NCBI GenBank assembly: GCA_964480275.1
Contig: CAYZOC010000002.1
Location: 1 to 53,093, forward strand
DNA length: 53,093 nucleotides
Direction: 5' to 3'
Origin: an uncultured Staphylococcaceae bacterium
Lineage (GTDB): Bacteria > Bacillota_I > Bacilli_A > RFN20 > CAG-826
Part shown: positions 40,814 to 48,605 of the stretch, piece by piece
Layout of the letters: each line of letters begins with the position of its first letter
Numbering within the stretch: position 1 is the stretch's first letter
The notes under the pieces: generated by a model
Told to the model about the DNA's origin: nothing
What the model saw: the letters and a program-made list of their open reading frames with translations, nothing else
The model's database searches: none
Made by a program: the position numbers and the translations under genes

Positions 40814-42019
40814 TTACTTAACTAATACTTTTTTTAATTTGGTATAAGCGGTCGTACCGTTTTCAAACTTGAACTTCACCGTGTCTTTAACTAATGGGAG
40901 CAAGTATTCTCGCATGAGTTTACCTTCACCATGAATGTCTTTTAATAACTCTTCGCTAAGTTTATGTTCGACGTTTGCAATATTATGAAGTCTTTTTAGT
41001 TTAAGACTTGTCTTATATTCAAAACCTGGCTTACGGTCAATGATGACCATATATCCGGTTTTGCCCTTAACGATTGATTTAACTGCTTTTTCACTGACCT
41101 TAATTGCTTCTTTTTGATCAACGCCTGTAATCGCAAGTGTCCCTGCCCGTTGAAGAAGACTAAATTCGATGGGTCGTGTTGAATAACCTAAGCGATCACT
41201 AATAATATTCGCTAAGCGTGAACTGACACCACCAAGTTGCATATGGCCAAATGAGTCGAGTTGAACATTTTCTTTTGGTAGTTGTGTTTCAATACCTTCA
41301 CTTACGACAAAGAGTGCCCGTTTTTTTCTTTCAAACACTTCTTTAGCTTTAACTAAAAAATCTTCTAAATCAAATTTCTCTTCAGGAAGAAAAATGTAGT
41401 CTGGCCGTAGTTCCTTGTCTTCAATTGCGGCTGCTGAGGCTGTCAGCCATCCAGCATGACGTCCCATAACTTCCACAATGACAAATTTTGATTTTGGATA
41501 AACAGCATTATCAAGAGCGATATCTTGCACTGATTGCATTACGTATTTTGCCGCACTTGGGAAACCTAGACAGTGATCAGTAAAAGCTAGATCATTATCA
41601 ATTGTTTTTGGAATACCCATAACTTTGCAATCATATTCAACCTTGGCAAAAAATCTTGAGAGTTTGTAGCATGTATCCATCGAATCATTGCCACCGTTGA
41701 CTAACATATAGCCAATATTGTGTTTCTTGACAGTTGCTAAGATCTTTTGGTAGTCATCATGTTTTATGTCACCTGATAATTTATAACGTGTCGTCCCTAA
41801 GGCCGCAGCTGGTGTTTGTTTTAATAATTCAATTTGTTCGTCGTCTTCTTGCCGTAAATCAATAAGCCGATCATTAAGCAATCCTTCGACGCCATTTAAA
41901 CTTCCGTAAATTCCATCAATCTCTTGATGTTTTTTTGCTTCTTTAATTACTCCATAAAACGAAGTATTAATAATTGCGGTTGGTCCGCCTGATTGAAAAT
42001 ATACTAAGGATTTTTTCAT
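40814..42019 (-). CDS. Phosphofructokinase family protein with PPi-dependent-type signature residues
   Basis: QSGGPTAIINTS, NGGNDSMDT, IPKTIDNDL and VEVMGRHAGWL are PfkA-family motifs. Asp at the GGDG-to-GGxD position and Lys in PKTIDND are the classical PPi-PFK markers. Confidence 0.85.
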   Translation of the reverse strand: MKKSLVYFQSGGPTAIINTSFYGVIKEAKKHQEIDGIYGSLNGVEGLLNDRLIDLRQEDDEQIELLKQTPAAALGTTRYKLSGDIKHDDYQKILATVKKHNIGYMLVNGGNDSMDTCYKLSRFFAKVEYDCKVMGIPKTIDNDLAFTDHCLGFPSAAKYVMQSVQDIALDNAVYPKSKFVIVEVMGRHAGWLTASAAAIEDKELRPDYIFLPEEKFDLEDFLVKAKEVFERKKRALFVVSEGIETQLPKENVQLDSFGHMQLGGVSSRLANIISDRLGYSTRPIEFSLLQRAGTLAITGVDQKEAIKVSEKAVKSIVKGKTGYMVIIDRKPGFEYKTSLKLKRLHNIANVEHKLSEELLKDIHGEGKLMREYLLPLVKDTVKFKFENGTTAYTKLKKVLVK

Positions 42020-42046
42020 TTACTTATTCCTCTCTTTCCCTTATAA

Positions 42047-42074
42047 ATTATATGTTATATTCAACTTTTTTCAA
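42047..42074 (-). promoter_or_regulatory. Putative promoter of pfk
   Basis: Minus sense reads TTGAAA (42074-42069), a 16-nt spacer, then TATAAT (42052-42047). It lies ~27 nt before the ATG, with GAGAGGAA SD. Confidence 0.5.
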
Positions 42075-42098
42075 TAAATATCGCAATAATCTAAGAAA

Positions 42099-43307
42099 TT
42101 AAAGTGTTTCTACTTTTTTTAGTGTTGCAGCTAGTGCTCTTACTTCCGCTCGCGCTTCTTCAAGCGTAATTGCTTTAGTGAAATAGGCATTAATAATCCG
42201 GGCAATTTGTCGAGCCCCAGTTATTGAAATACCTCTAGTTGTAAGTGCGGCAAAGCCTATACGAATTCCCGAAGTTGTATTAGGTTTTTCATCATCATTA
42301 GGTAACATGTTTTTATTAACAGTTATATCGATTTCTTCAAGCATCTTTTCAGCATCTTTACCAGTTATTCCATATGACTTTTTCGTATTAAGCATAAATA
42401 AATGTGTTTCTGTTCCTGATGCTTCTGCTCCAAGTCGAACAAATTCTTCCGCGCATTCTTTGGTGTTATTTAAAACACTTTTTATATAGTCTTTATAACT
42501 TGGTTGCGAGGCTTCAAAAAAGCACTGTGCTTTTGCGCCAATAATGTTTTCTAGTGGGCCTCCTTGCATGCCGGGAAAGCATGTAAAGTTAATCTTTTTA
42601 ATTAACTCGTCACTATTTGTAAGAATTATCCCCCCGCGTGGTCCCCTTAACGTTTTATGTGTTGTCGAAGTAACAATATCGGCAAAAGGAAATGGGTTTG
42701 GATGAAGACCAGCAGCAATTAGCCCAGCGATGTGAGCCATATCAACCATAAATATTGCTCCGATATCACTAGCAACAGCACCTATTTTTTTAAAGTCTAT
42801 TTGGTAGGGATAACTACTAAATCCCGCTAGAATAAGTTGAGGTTTTTCTTTTATTGCTAATTTTTTTAGTTTTTCATAATCAATTCTTCCATCACTTTTT
42901 AGTCCGTAATGGACAATTGTGTATTGTTTGCTAGAAAAATTGACCGGACTACCATGCGTTAAATGACCACCCTGATCTAAACTCAATGATAGTATTTTGT
43001 CGCCTGGATTTAGCACACTTGCATATGCAATCATATTAGCTGAACTGCCGCTGTGGGGTTGGACATTTGCATATTTACAGCCAAAAAGTTCTGTCACCAA
43101 ATCAATCGCGGTTTGTTCGATTTCATCAATATATTTGCAACCGCCATAATATCGCTTGTTAGGATAACCTTCCGCATATTTATTAGTTAATATTGATCCA
43201 CAAATCGTTCGCACTTTTTTACTTGCAAAGTTTTCACTAGCAATTAATTCAAGCCCGTTATTTTGCCGCTGATTTTCTCTTTCAATTAAATCAATTAGTT
43301 CTCTCAT
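42099..43307 (-). CDS. glyA: Serine hydroxymethyltransferase
   Basis: Trimmed from GTG 43316 to the ATG at 43305-43307 (the GTG is part of the AGAGGTGA SD). LELIASENF.S, YAEGYP..RYYGGC and the PLP-lysine motif TSTTHKTLRGPRGG are present. Confidence 0.96.
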   Translation of the reverse strand: MRELIDLIERENQRQNNGLELIASENFASKKVRTICGSILTNKYAEGYPNKRYYGGCKYIDEIEQTAIDLVTELFGCKYANVQPHSGSSANMIAYASVLNPGDKILSLSLDQGGHLTHGSPVNFSSKQYTIVHYGLKSDGRIDYEKLKKLAIKEKPQLILAGFSSYPYQIDFKKIGAVASDIGAIFMVDMAHIAGLIAAGLHPNPFPFADIVTSTTHKTLRGPRGGIILTNSDELIKKINFTCFPGMQGGPLENIIGAKAQCFFEASQPSYKDYIKSVLNNTKECAEEFVRLGAEASGTETHLFMLNTKKSYGITGKDAEKMLEEIDITVNKNMLPNDDEKPNTTSGIRIGFAALTTRGISITGARQIARIINAYFTKAITLEEARAEVRALAATLKKVETL

Positions 43308-43410
43308 ATTTATCACCTCTTAATAAAGTTTATCATAGCAATAGCAAACAATTGTTTAATAATTCATATGAATACTAGAAATTATTTGTGAACAATATAT
43401 AATTAGTAAT

Positions 43411-44142
43411 ATGAATAAAACACACCTTATAATTACAACCCCTTTAGCACATCGAGGGTTGCACAATGAAAAGTGGGATGAAAATTCAATCCCTGCTTTT
43501 GAAAATGCAATTGCAAATAGCGTCGGAATCGAACTTGATGTGCACATGATGAAAGATGGAAATATCGCTGTCGTTCATGATGCAAATCTAAAACGTGTCA
43601 CTGGTAGCGATGTTGAAATTAGTGCCTTAACAAAACAAGAACTAATTAAATTCCCGCTTCTTAAAAGCAAGACTACTATTCCTCTATTTGAAGATGTTCT
43701 TACTTTAGTTGCTGGCCAAGTTCCGATTTTGGTTGAACTAAAAGTTGAAAATAATTTCGATCCTGAATTTGCGAAAAAAGTTTTGGAAATATTAAATAAA
43801 TACCCTTATAAGAAAACAATCGCGGTCCAATCTTTTAATCCATATTGTGTGAAGTTTTTAGGACAAAACCAAGATATTTTTCCAACTGGCCAACTTGCAA
43901 GTGATGTGTTAAATGGTCAAAGCAAATTTGTTCACTTTATGTTTCGCTCACTACTCATCCTAAAAATTAGTCGGCCGAACTTTTTAAACTATGATATCAA
44001 CTATATCGGCAAAAGAAGAAAAATTGCTCGGCTCAGAAAAAAGGGCATGCCCATCATTACCTGGACTATAGATAGTGAAGATAAAAAAGCTACAGCAGCT
44101 AAATATGCTGACAATATAATATTCGAAAACATTAATATATAA
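43411..44142 (+). CDS. Glycerophosphodiester phosphodiesterase (GDPD family)
   Basis: AHRGLH......ENS..AF..A......IELDV....DG...V.HD is the GDPD catalytic motif. 243 aa. Confidence 0.85.
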   Translation: MNKTHLIITTPLAHRGLHNEKWDENSIPAFENAIANSVGIELDVHMMKDGNIAVVHDANLKRVTGSDVEISALTKQELIKFPLLKSKTTIPLFEDVLTLVAGQVPILVELKVENNFDPEFAKKVLEILNKYPYKKTIAVQSFNPYCVKFLGQNQDIFPTGQLASDVLNGQSKFVHFMFRSLLILKISRPNFLNYDINYIGKRRKIARLRKKGMPIITWTIDSEDKKATAAKYADNIIFENINI

Positions 44143-44157
44143 AGGAAAGGTATTCTT

Positions 44158-45663
44158 ATGAAACTTAATGTTAAACGCACAATCCTTGTCGGTTTTGCCT
44201 TTTTACTAATCTCGATGTTTTGGCAAATGTATGACAACATTGTTGCAAAAATGCTTGTCGATAATTTCGGGCTTGATCAAGCCGCTTCTGGTATCATCAT
44301 GGCGCTTGATAATATGCTTGCCCTAATTCTTTTGCCACTATTTGGTCATATAAGTGACCGAACAATGACAAAATATGGTAAAAGAACGCCATATATCTTT
44401 ATTGGTACCGTATTTGTCGTTGTAATTGTCGCCCTGATTGGTATTGTTGATTTCTATCAACAAGTAGCAGTGGCTGAATTGCAAATTTCAAACGTATTTG
44501 AAACATCTGAAAATTCTGGCCTCTTTACTTACACGATCGAAGGTATTCATCAATTTAATGATTCAGGTGCCTACTTTTCACGCTCAGATTTGGCAGCGGC
44601 TGCCCGTGCAAATTTGATTTTTGCCAATATTACTTCACAAAATCCAACAATGCTCATTCTCTTTATTGTTGTCCTCTTCTTCGTGCTCTTAGGTATGTCG
44701 ATATTTAGAAGTCCGGCTGTAAGTCTTATGCCTGATGTAACACCAAAACCTCTTCGTAGCAAAGCAAACGCCATCATTAATCTAATGGGGACAGCTGGTG
44801 GAGTAATCTCACTAGCCGTTATCGCTGTCGTTGGGGCAGTGTTTGCAGGACAACATGTCGGTTATATTCCCCACATGATTGTTCTTGCCGTTTTAATGCT
44901 TGTCCTTCTTTTTGTCTTCCTTTTCACCGTCAAAGAAAATACTTGGCGCCAAGAAATGGAAAAATTTTCCATCGATAATAAATTGATGGAAGTTGAAGAA
45001 ACAGTTTATGACAAGACGAGGAAAACTGAACCACTACCAAAAGATGTTAGACGTTCACTAATTTTAATTCTAACTGCCGTGGTTTTATGGTTTATGGCCT
45101 ATAATGCCGCGACTACAAAATATTCAGTTTATGCTACCAGTGCACTCGGCCTTGCAAACTTTACTTTACCACTTATTGTTGCCCAAGTTGCTGCTGCAAT
45201 ATCCTTTATTCCAATTGGTATTATCTCAACCAAATTTGGCCGTCGTAAAACAATTCTAGTTGGTATTTTAATTATTACAACCGCCTTTATCCTTGCCTAC
45301 TTTACTACCGCATCTACGACAGTATTGATGTATGTAGCAATGAGTTTAGCCGGTATCGGTTGGGCTACTATTAATGTTAATAGCTATCCAATGGTCGTTG
45401 AAATGTCAAAGGGCTCTAATGTTGGGGTCTACACCGGTTACTATTATACCGCTAGTATGGCCGCCCAAATTGTGACACCATATTTATCTGGTGAACTTAT
45501 GGATTTATTTGCTCTTCACGTTCCAAGCGTAGCTTATAGCGTCCTCTTTATTTATAGTGCGGTCTTTAGTCTTCTCGCCTTTATTCCAATGTTCTTTGTA
45601 AAACATGGCGAACCTAAACGGATGGATGGTGAAAAGGTCGAACTTCATATCGAAGCCGATTGA
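44158..45663 (+). CDS. MFS-type transporter (GPH/SLC45-like)
   Basis: 501 aa, ~12 TM. LFGHISDRTMTKYGKRTPYIF is the D-R-x-G-(K/R)-R loop typical of GPH-like MFS. AAAGGAAAGG SD. Confidence 0.75.
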   Translation: MKLNVKRTILVGFAFLLISMFWQMYDNIVAKMLVDNFGLDQAASGIIMALDNMLALILLPLFGHISDRTMTKYGKRTPYIFIGTVFVVVIVALIGIVDFYQQVAVAELQISNVFETSENSGLFTYTIEGIHQFNDSGAYFSRSDLAAAARANLIFANITSQNPTMLILFIVVLFFVLLGMSIFRSPAVSLMPDVTPKPLRSKANAIINLMGTAGGVISLAVIAVVGAVFAGQHVGYIPHMIVLAVLMLVLLFVFLFTVKENTWRQEMEKFSIDNKLMEVEETVYDKTRKTEPLPKDVRRSLILILTAVVLWFMAYNAATTKYSVYATSALGLANFTLPLIVAQVAAAISFIPIGIISTKFGRRKTILVGILIITTAFILAYFTTASTTVLMYVAMSLAGIGWATINVNSYPMVVEMSKGSNVGVYTGYYYTASMAAQIVTPYLSGELMDLFALHVPSVAYSVLFIYSAVFSLLAFIPMFFVKHGEPKRMDGEKVELHIEAD

Positions 45664-45665
45664 TT

Positions 45666-46451
45666 ATGCCGCTAACTTTCGCAAATAAGAAAAAACTTTT
45701 TCTCTTAGATCAAGATGGAACTTTATATAACGGTAACACGCTTTTTAAAGCTAGCAAAAAGTTCCTTCTTGATATTAAAAATAGTGGTGCTCGTTATGTC
45801 TTTGTAACCAATAATTCATCAAAATCGGTTGAAGACTATGTTAAAAAATTAGCAGGATTTGGGATTGATGCCAAAATTGATGACTTCTTTACTAGTACGG
45901 AAGCAACAATTATGTATTTGAATAAAATATATCCTGGTAGGTCAGTTTATCCCTTGGGAACAAAATCTTTTGTTACTAGATTAGAGGAGGCTGGCATCAT
46001 TATTAAAAGTCATCTTGAAGCCGATATTGCTCTTCTTGCCTATGACACAGAATTAACTTACCAAAAATTAGTTAACATCTCAGAAATGCTCCTAACTAGA
46101 GACGTTCCCTATCTTGCAACAAATCCTGATCTTGTCTGTCCGATTGAGTTTGGCAGTGTCCCAGACTGTGGATCTTTTATCGAAATGATTCATCACGCAA
46201 CAAAAAAAAGTCCACATATAATTGGTAAACCAAATAAGGACTTCCTTGAACTTGCAGTTAAAAAATATGGTTTCAATGTCGATGAGGCAGTGATGGTTGG
46301 TGATCGGCTTTACACAGATATTCAAAGTGCCCACAATTCAAAAATCACTAGTGTTTTAACGCTTGAAGGCGAAGCGACACTTGATGATCTCAAGACATAT
46401 CCAATCAAACCAGACTATGTCGTCAAAAGTATTGGCGAAATATTTGATTAA
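45666..46451 (+). CDS. HAD-IIA family phosphatase (NagD/YutF-like)
   Basis: LLDQDGTLY.G, FVTNNSS and MVGDRLYTDI are HAD motifs I-III with the IIA cap spacing. The start is the ATG at 45666, or TTG at 45660 overlapping the MFS stop. Confidence 0.8.
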   Translation: MPLTFANKKKLFLLDQDGTLYNGNTLFKASKKFLLDIKNSGARYVFVTNNSSKSVEDYVKKLAGFGIDAKIDDFFTSTEATIMYLNKIYPGRSVYPLGTKSFVTRLEEAGIIIKSHLEADIALLAYDTELTYQKLVNISEMLLTRDVPYLATNPDLVCPIEFGSVPDCGSFIEMIHHATKKSPHIIGKPNKDFLELAVKKYGFNVDEAVMVGDRLYTDIQSAHNSKITSVLTLEGEATLDDLKTYPIKPDYVVKSIGEIFD

Positions 46452-46490
46452 GATTATTAATAAAAACTGCGTCATTCATTATAGTAAAGC

Positions 46491-46516
46491 AAAAAAGCCC
46501 TTCATTGGGCTTTTAT
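46491..46516. terminator. Bidirectional terminator shared by the HAD-IIA gene (+) and ssrA (-)
   Basis: AAAAGCCC (46493-46500), loop ttcatt, then GGGCTTTT (46507-46514). U-tracts are available in both orientations. Confidence 0.7.
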
Positions 46517-46524
46517 CGTTTTCA

Positions 46525-46889
46525 TGGTGGAGATGCGGAGAGTCGAACTCCGGTCCAAAAATTGTCCCCTAGAAACGTCTACAGCTTAGACGATATTAGG
46601 TTTTAACACTCAAGACAAATACCGACAAATGTATTAAGCGCGAGGTTATATGGTTTTCGAGATTAGTTATAACCATCTTAATCCTTAGTCTTTTTTATGG
46701 CGCGTCACTAAGCGGGGAAGACTAACCGCTAGGCTAGCGCGCTGCTCGTTAGATTAACGTCTTGCTTAAATTAAGCAGCAGCGAAGGCTAAATTTCTGTT
46801 GCCAGATAATTTATATTTTTTTGATGATAACGTCATCACTCGGCTGCAATCTCTATCGGACGAATTCCTGTCGAAACCATGACATCCCC
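46525..46889 (-). ncRNA. ssrA: tmRNA (SsrA)
   Basis: Minus-sense 5' end is GGGGAUGUCAUGGUUUCGACAGG. The 3' end is GGACCGGAGUUCGACUCUCCGCAUCUCCACCA (T-arm plus acceptor plus CCA). An internal tag frame GGC AAC AGA AAU UUA GCC UUC GCU GCU GCU UAA spans 46803-46771. Length 365 nt. Confidence 0.95.
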
Positions 46890-46899
46890 ATGTGGATAC

Positions 46900-46928
46900 A
46901 TTGTAGCGGTATTAAATTTAAAGTTCAA
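46900..46928 (-). promoter_or_regulatory. Putative ssrA promoter
   Basis: Minus sense reads TTGAAC (46928-46923), a 17-nt spacer, then TACAAT (46905-46900). It lies 10 nt before the mature 5' GGGG, consistent with a short RNase P-processed leader. Confidence 0.55.
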
Positions 46929-47008
46929 TTAAAATGTTATATTTGAAAAATATAATTTGATTAAAAACTGGTTATAACATATAATTTTAAGGCATAAGGT
47001 AGGTCGTT

Positions 47009-48172
47009 ATGAAAAAAGTAAAACCAATTAACAACAACAAGCAAACAATTAGAACATTATTTGCTTCATTATTCAAAAATCAAGCTGCGATTGACGGGGG
47101 CCGCTATCAACCATGGTGGATTGCCGTAATTCTATTTTTTGTATCCACGATTGTTGCTGTCATACCAACAATGGTCGTGACTGGCAGAGCCCGTGGCAGT
47201 GACGTTTTCAAAGGTCCACAATATGAACTCGATACAGGAATTGTTAAATTTCATCAGGCCCTTGAGACCAATGCTGTTGATTTAGCTTATCGAAGCAACA
47301 GTGAAGGCGAATTCGAACTGACCGATGAAGGCACCTCATTTATCGATGCTTTCCCTACAACGATTAGTATTAGCTCCTTGACTGGTAGCATTGATATTCC
47401 TTTTTACTCTTACAGTAACTTAAGAGAAAAAGAGATTACTAATACAGAAGGTGTCAGTGAAACAGTCTTTGTCAACTTCGAATATCTTCGCGTCTATTAC
47501 ACTGCTGATGTGACAGCCTCATTTATTAGTGGTGATTCACCTATCACTCCTGAACGAGCACTTAATAATTACTTACAAAACCTTAGTGAGACAAGTATAA
47601 ATGTAAATAATTTTCCTAATGAAAGTATCACTTCATATGTCATTTTAGGTAAAACCGAGATGTTTATGGCGGTATATAATCCAAATGATATGGTCGAGGG
47701 CGCAAATGCCATCAGATCTGCGGAAGGAAATGCCGCGGGTATTACTAGCGAAGTTGTTATCAATGACTTCTACAAAATTTCTCGAGATGGTGGGGCAATC
47801 ACTCCAACAGATGCTGATCTAGTCAGCAAGGTAATTGCAAACTGGAGCAACTATGTTGATACAGTTAATGAGCCAGTTAGAATTCAATCATTTTGGATTC
47901 TCTCGGGAATAAACTTCTTCCTCTTCCTCGTCCTCTCACTTTTCATTGGCATTATCTTCTTTATCACAACTCGTGGTAAATATAATCCAAATCGTGATAT
48001 TCGCTTCTTTGAGGCAATGCGTATTGGGGCTTGGTTGTTATTAACACCAGCGCTTCTTACCCTTGTTGTCGGTCTATTCATGCCTGCTTATGCCCAATTA
48101 ATTTATATTATGACATTAGGGATGAGAACAGTCTGGATGTCGATGAAATCTGTCCAACCACCCGCTAAATAG
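47009..48172 (+). CDS. Membrane protein, unknown function (N-terminal TM, ~240-aa extracytoplasmic domain, C-terminal TM bundle)
   Basis: 387-aa ORF with AAGGTAGG SD. Hydrophobic segments lie at aa ~35-58 and ~295-375. Confidence 0.65.
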   Translation: MKKVKPINNNKQTIRTLFASLFKNQAAIDGGRYQPWWIAVILFFVSTIVAVIPTMVVTGRARGSDVFKGPQYELDTGIVKFHQALETNAVDLAYRSNSEGEFELTDEGTSFIDAFPTTISISSLTGSIDIPFYSYSNLREKEITNTEGVSETVFVNFEYLRVYYTADVTASFISGDSPITPERALNNYLQNLSETSINVNNFPNESITSYVILGKTEMFMAVYNPNDMVEGANAIRSAEGNAAGITSEVVINDFYKISRDGGAITPTDADLVSKVIANWSNYVDTVNEPVRIQSFWILSGINFFLFLVLSLFIGIIFFITTRGKYNPNRDIRFFEAMRIGAWLLLTPALLTLVVGLFMPAYAQLIYIMTLGMRTVWMSMKSVQPPAK

Positions 48173-48186
48173 AATTACTAATATAT

Positions 48187-48221
48187 AAAAAACTAGCCGC
48201 TTCTCTTTGGCTAGTTTTTTT
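48187..48221. terminator. Bidirectional rho-independent terminator
   Basis: AAAAAACTAGCC, loop gcttctcttt, then GGCTAGTTTTTTT. It sits between convergent genes, and the T-tract abuts the stop at 48220. Confidence 0.78.
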
Positions 48222-48558
48222 AATCTCCATAATCTGAACCACGTGAATTATCATCAATAATAATTTTAAGGCCAGCAATAATGTCATCTATTTCTACAGC
48301 AATGTATTTTTCGTCTTTAATGATTGCTGTTGCAAAATCACGGGTGAATACTACGTATCGATGTTTTTTGACTTTATCAATCATGAAGTCAACCATGTCC
48401 TTGACCCGCTCCGGAAACCTCTCTTCAATTCTTGTAAACTGTGTGTAAAACCATGGTTCAACATAAAAACATTCGCCACTGCTAAGTTGATAGCCGTGCG
48501 CGAACTTGGTCATTGGCTTTTCGATTGGATTGAATCCACTAAATTCTTCGTAATTCAT
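48220..48558 (-). CDS. Hypothetical protein (112 aa, soluble)
   Basis: ORF with its own terminator and a divergent promoter region. I recognise no motif. Confidence 0.5.
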   Translation of the reverse strand: MNYEEFSGFNPIEKPMTKFAHGYQLSSGECFYVEPWFYTQFTRIEERFPERVKDMVDFMIDKVKKHRYVVFTRDFATAIIKDEKYIAVEIDDIIAGLKIIIDDNSRGSDYGD

Positions 48559-48563
48559 AACTT

Positions 48564-48581
48564 TAATATGTTAACATATTA
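48564..48581. promoter_or_regulatory. Perfect 18-bp palindrome (candidate operator) in a divergent intergenic region
   Basis: TAATATGTTAACATATTA. The half-site CATATTA is repeated once more at 48583-48589. It lies 6 nt from the ATG of the minus-strand gene and 25 nt from the plus-strand ATG. Confidence 0.45.
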
Positions 48582-48605
48582 TCATATTACAAGGGGGAAT
48601 AACTA

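Noticed and set aside
46937-46955. Inverted repeat TTATATTT-GAA-AAATATAA between the ssrA promoter and the 47009 gene.
   Set aside because: It is composed only of A and T apart from the spacer, and it overlaps a TATAAT box. It cannot be distinguished from ordinary promoter-region AT-richness.
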